A DNA stretch of 64,000 nucleotides from an uncultured bacterium (GTDB lineage: Bacteria > Zixibacteria > MSB-5A5 > CAIYYT01), in assembly GCA_963726455.1 (NCBI GenBank), contig CAVSCK010000004.1, positions 320,001 to 384,000 on the forward strand, given 5' to 3'. Each line of letters opens with the position of its first letter. The first letter of the stretch is position 1. The notes beneath the pieces were generated by a model. The model was not told the origin of the DNA, did no database searches, and saw only the letters and a list, made by a program, of their open reading frames with translations. Positions 62,906 to 64,000 of the stretch are shown here, piece by piece. Position numbers and translations under genes: made by a program.

Positions 62906-64000
62906 GTGTTCGAATGGACTACTGAAATGCGATTTGTCGTCGCCCTGGTCCTCGGTCTTCTCGTAGGATTGGAGCGCGAAAGCTCGAAAAGCGATCACCT
63001 GAGCCCAATCTTCGCGGGCGTACGAACCTATCCGATCATCAGCATGTTCGGCTTCGGGTGCGGCTGGCTGTTTAAGGCAGGGGCCAGCTTGGCACTGCCG
63101 GCAGGAATGATCGCACTTGGCTCGCTGGCAGTCATAACGTACATGACCAAATCCAAAACCGGACGCTACGGGGCTACCACCGAAGTTTCCGCATTGCTGA
63201 CATTCGTCGTCGGCGCACTGGCGTTGCTGGCCGACGTGTGGCTGGCTATGGCTCTGAGCATTGCCAACACCGTGCTATTATCAGAAAAAGCTGAGTTGGA
63301 AACGTACGTTGAGAAACTGAACCGCGCGGAATTCCTGGCGGTTCTTAAGTTCCTCGTGGTTACCGTCATCATCCTGCCGGTTCTTCCGAACAAGGAGTTC
63401 ACGGATTTCCGGCTCAACCCCACAAAGATCTGGCAGACCGTAATACTGGTCTCCACAGTAGGGTTTGTCGGTTACTTCCTGTCAAAGAGATTCGGAAACA
63501 GGGTGGGGCTGTGGTTGTCTGGTATACTCGGTGGGATAGTCTCAAGTACTGCGGCTACCATCGCGGTCGGGCGCATCGCCCAGCGCGATCCGGCACATTC
63601 GGCGAATGCGCTGCAGGCGGCGATTCTCGCTGGAAGCGTTATGTACTTGCGGGTTCTGGCATTGATTGCCGTCATCAATATTGAATGTGCAGCGCTGATC
63701 TGGTGGAAGCTTCTGCTATTGACTGCAATCGGTGTGGCAATCGCGGTTTCGGTCAAACGATCCGACGCCGTGAACGGGCAGGAACGGCCGCCGACGCAGC
63801 CAAACCCCTTTGAGTTAAGGCCGGCGATTGTCTTCGCGAGTCTGTTCGTGGCATTGTCAATCGTAACTTATCTGGTGGAACAGCATGCCGGCACGACGGG
63901 AGTTCTGACACTTGCCGGTGTGGTAGGTGTCACCGACATCGATCCATTTATTTTGTCGCTGGCTCACAATCAGGCGACCGCCCTGCGGCTGATCGCGACC
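62906..64000 (+). CDS. MgtC/SapB family membrane protein with DUF4010, 3'-truncated by the window edge (absent from ORF track)
   Basis: Read from the sequence: 'RFVVALVLGLLVGLERE...FAGVRTYPIISMFG...YGATTEVSALLTFVVGAL...GILGGIVSSTAAT'. Start is TTG 62900 or GTG 62906. Confidence 0.88.
   Translation, partial: MFEWTTEMRFVVALVLGLLVGLERESSKSDHLSPIFAGVRTYPIISMFGFGCGWLFKAGASLALPAGMIALGSLAVITYMTKSKTGRYGATTEVSALLTFVVGALALLADVWLAMALSIANTVLLSEKAELETYVEKLNRAEFLAVLKFLVVTVIILPVLPNKEFTDFRLNPTKIWQTVILVSTVGFVGYFLSKRFGNRVGLWLSGILGGIVSSTAATIAVGRIAQRDPAHSANALQAAILAGSVMYLRVLALIAVINIECAALIWWKLLLLTAIGVAIAVSVKRSDAVNGQERPPTQPNPFELRPAIVFASLFVALSIVTYLVEQHAGTTGVLTLAGVVGVTDIDPFILSLAHNQATALRLIAT

Overview
A gene-dense bacterial chromosome segment, almost entirely on the + strand and mostly housekeeping. 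In order: the end of a flagellar cluster (fliD, fliS, FlgN/FliT-like, flgM-like, HDOD); two sugar-modification genes; tRNA-Val(GAC)-thrS-infC-rpmI-rplT-pheST-zapB-like-zapA-rny-ymdB-folD; tRNA-Arg(CCG); proS; a CIRCE-controlled hrcA-grpE-dnaK-dnaJ-prmA-rsmE operon; pilD and an orphan PAS histidine kinase; xseAB-ispA-dxs-nadK; lapA/lapB-like-mutS-mutL-miaA-mltD-like-sppA-HU/IHF; an uncalled bS22-like gene; a methyltransferase; and a partial MgtC/DUF4010 gene. Interspersed are secreted proteins with two kinds of tag. Three carry a Cys-flanked dockerin-like double Ca-binding module (a carboxypeptidase, an unknown protein, and a candidate cohesin-like/Ig/TSP3 adaptor). Two carry T9SS-type/FlgD-Ig C-terminal domains (an S8 protease and a beta-propeller protein). 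This mix suggests an FCB-group organism, probably Zixibacteria-like (inference only). The best candidates for undescribed biology are the non-cellulosomal dockerin system and a sigma54-type operon encoding a lipoprotein plus a DUF4384/PEGA protein with a long disordered tail. Three genes have single-base lesions (dnaK +1, in-frame TAA in the S8 protease, methyltransferase +1); assembly error is the simplest explanation until reads are checked. No CRISPR array, rRNA, transposase or integrase was seen. All family assignments come from recognising motifs by eye, not from database searches.
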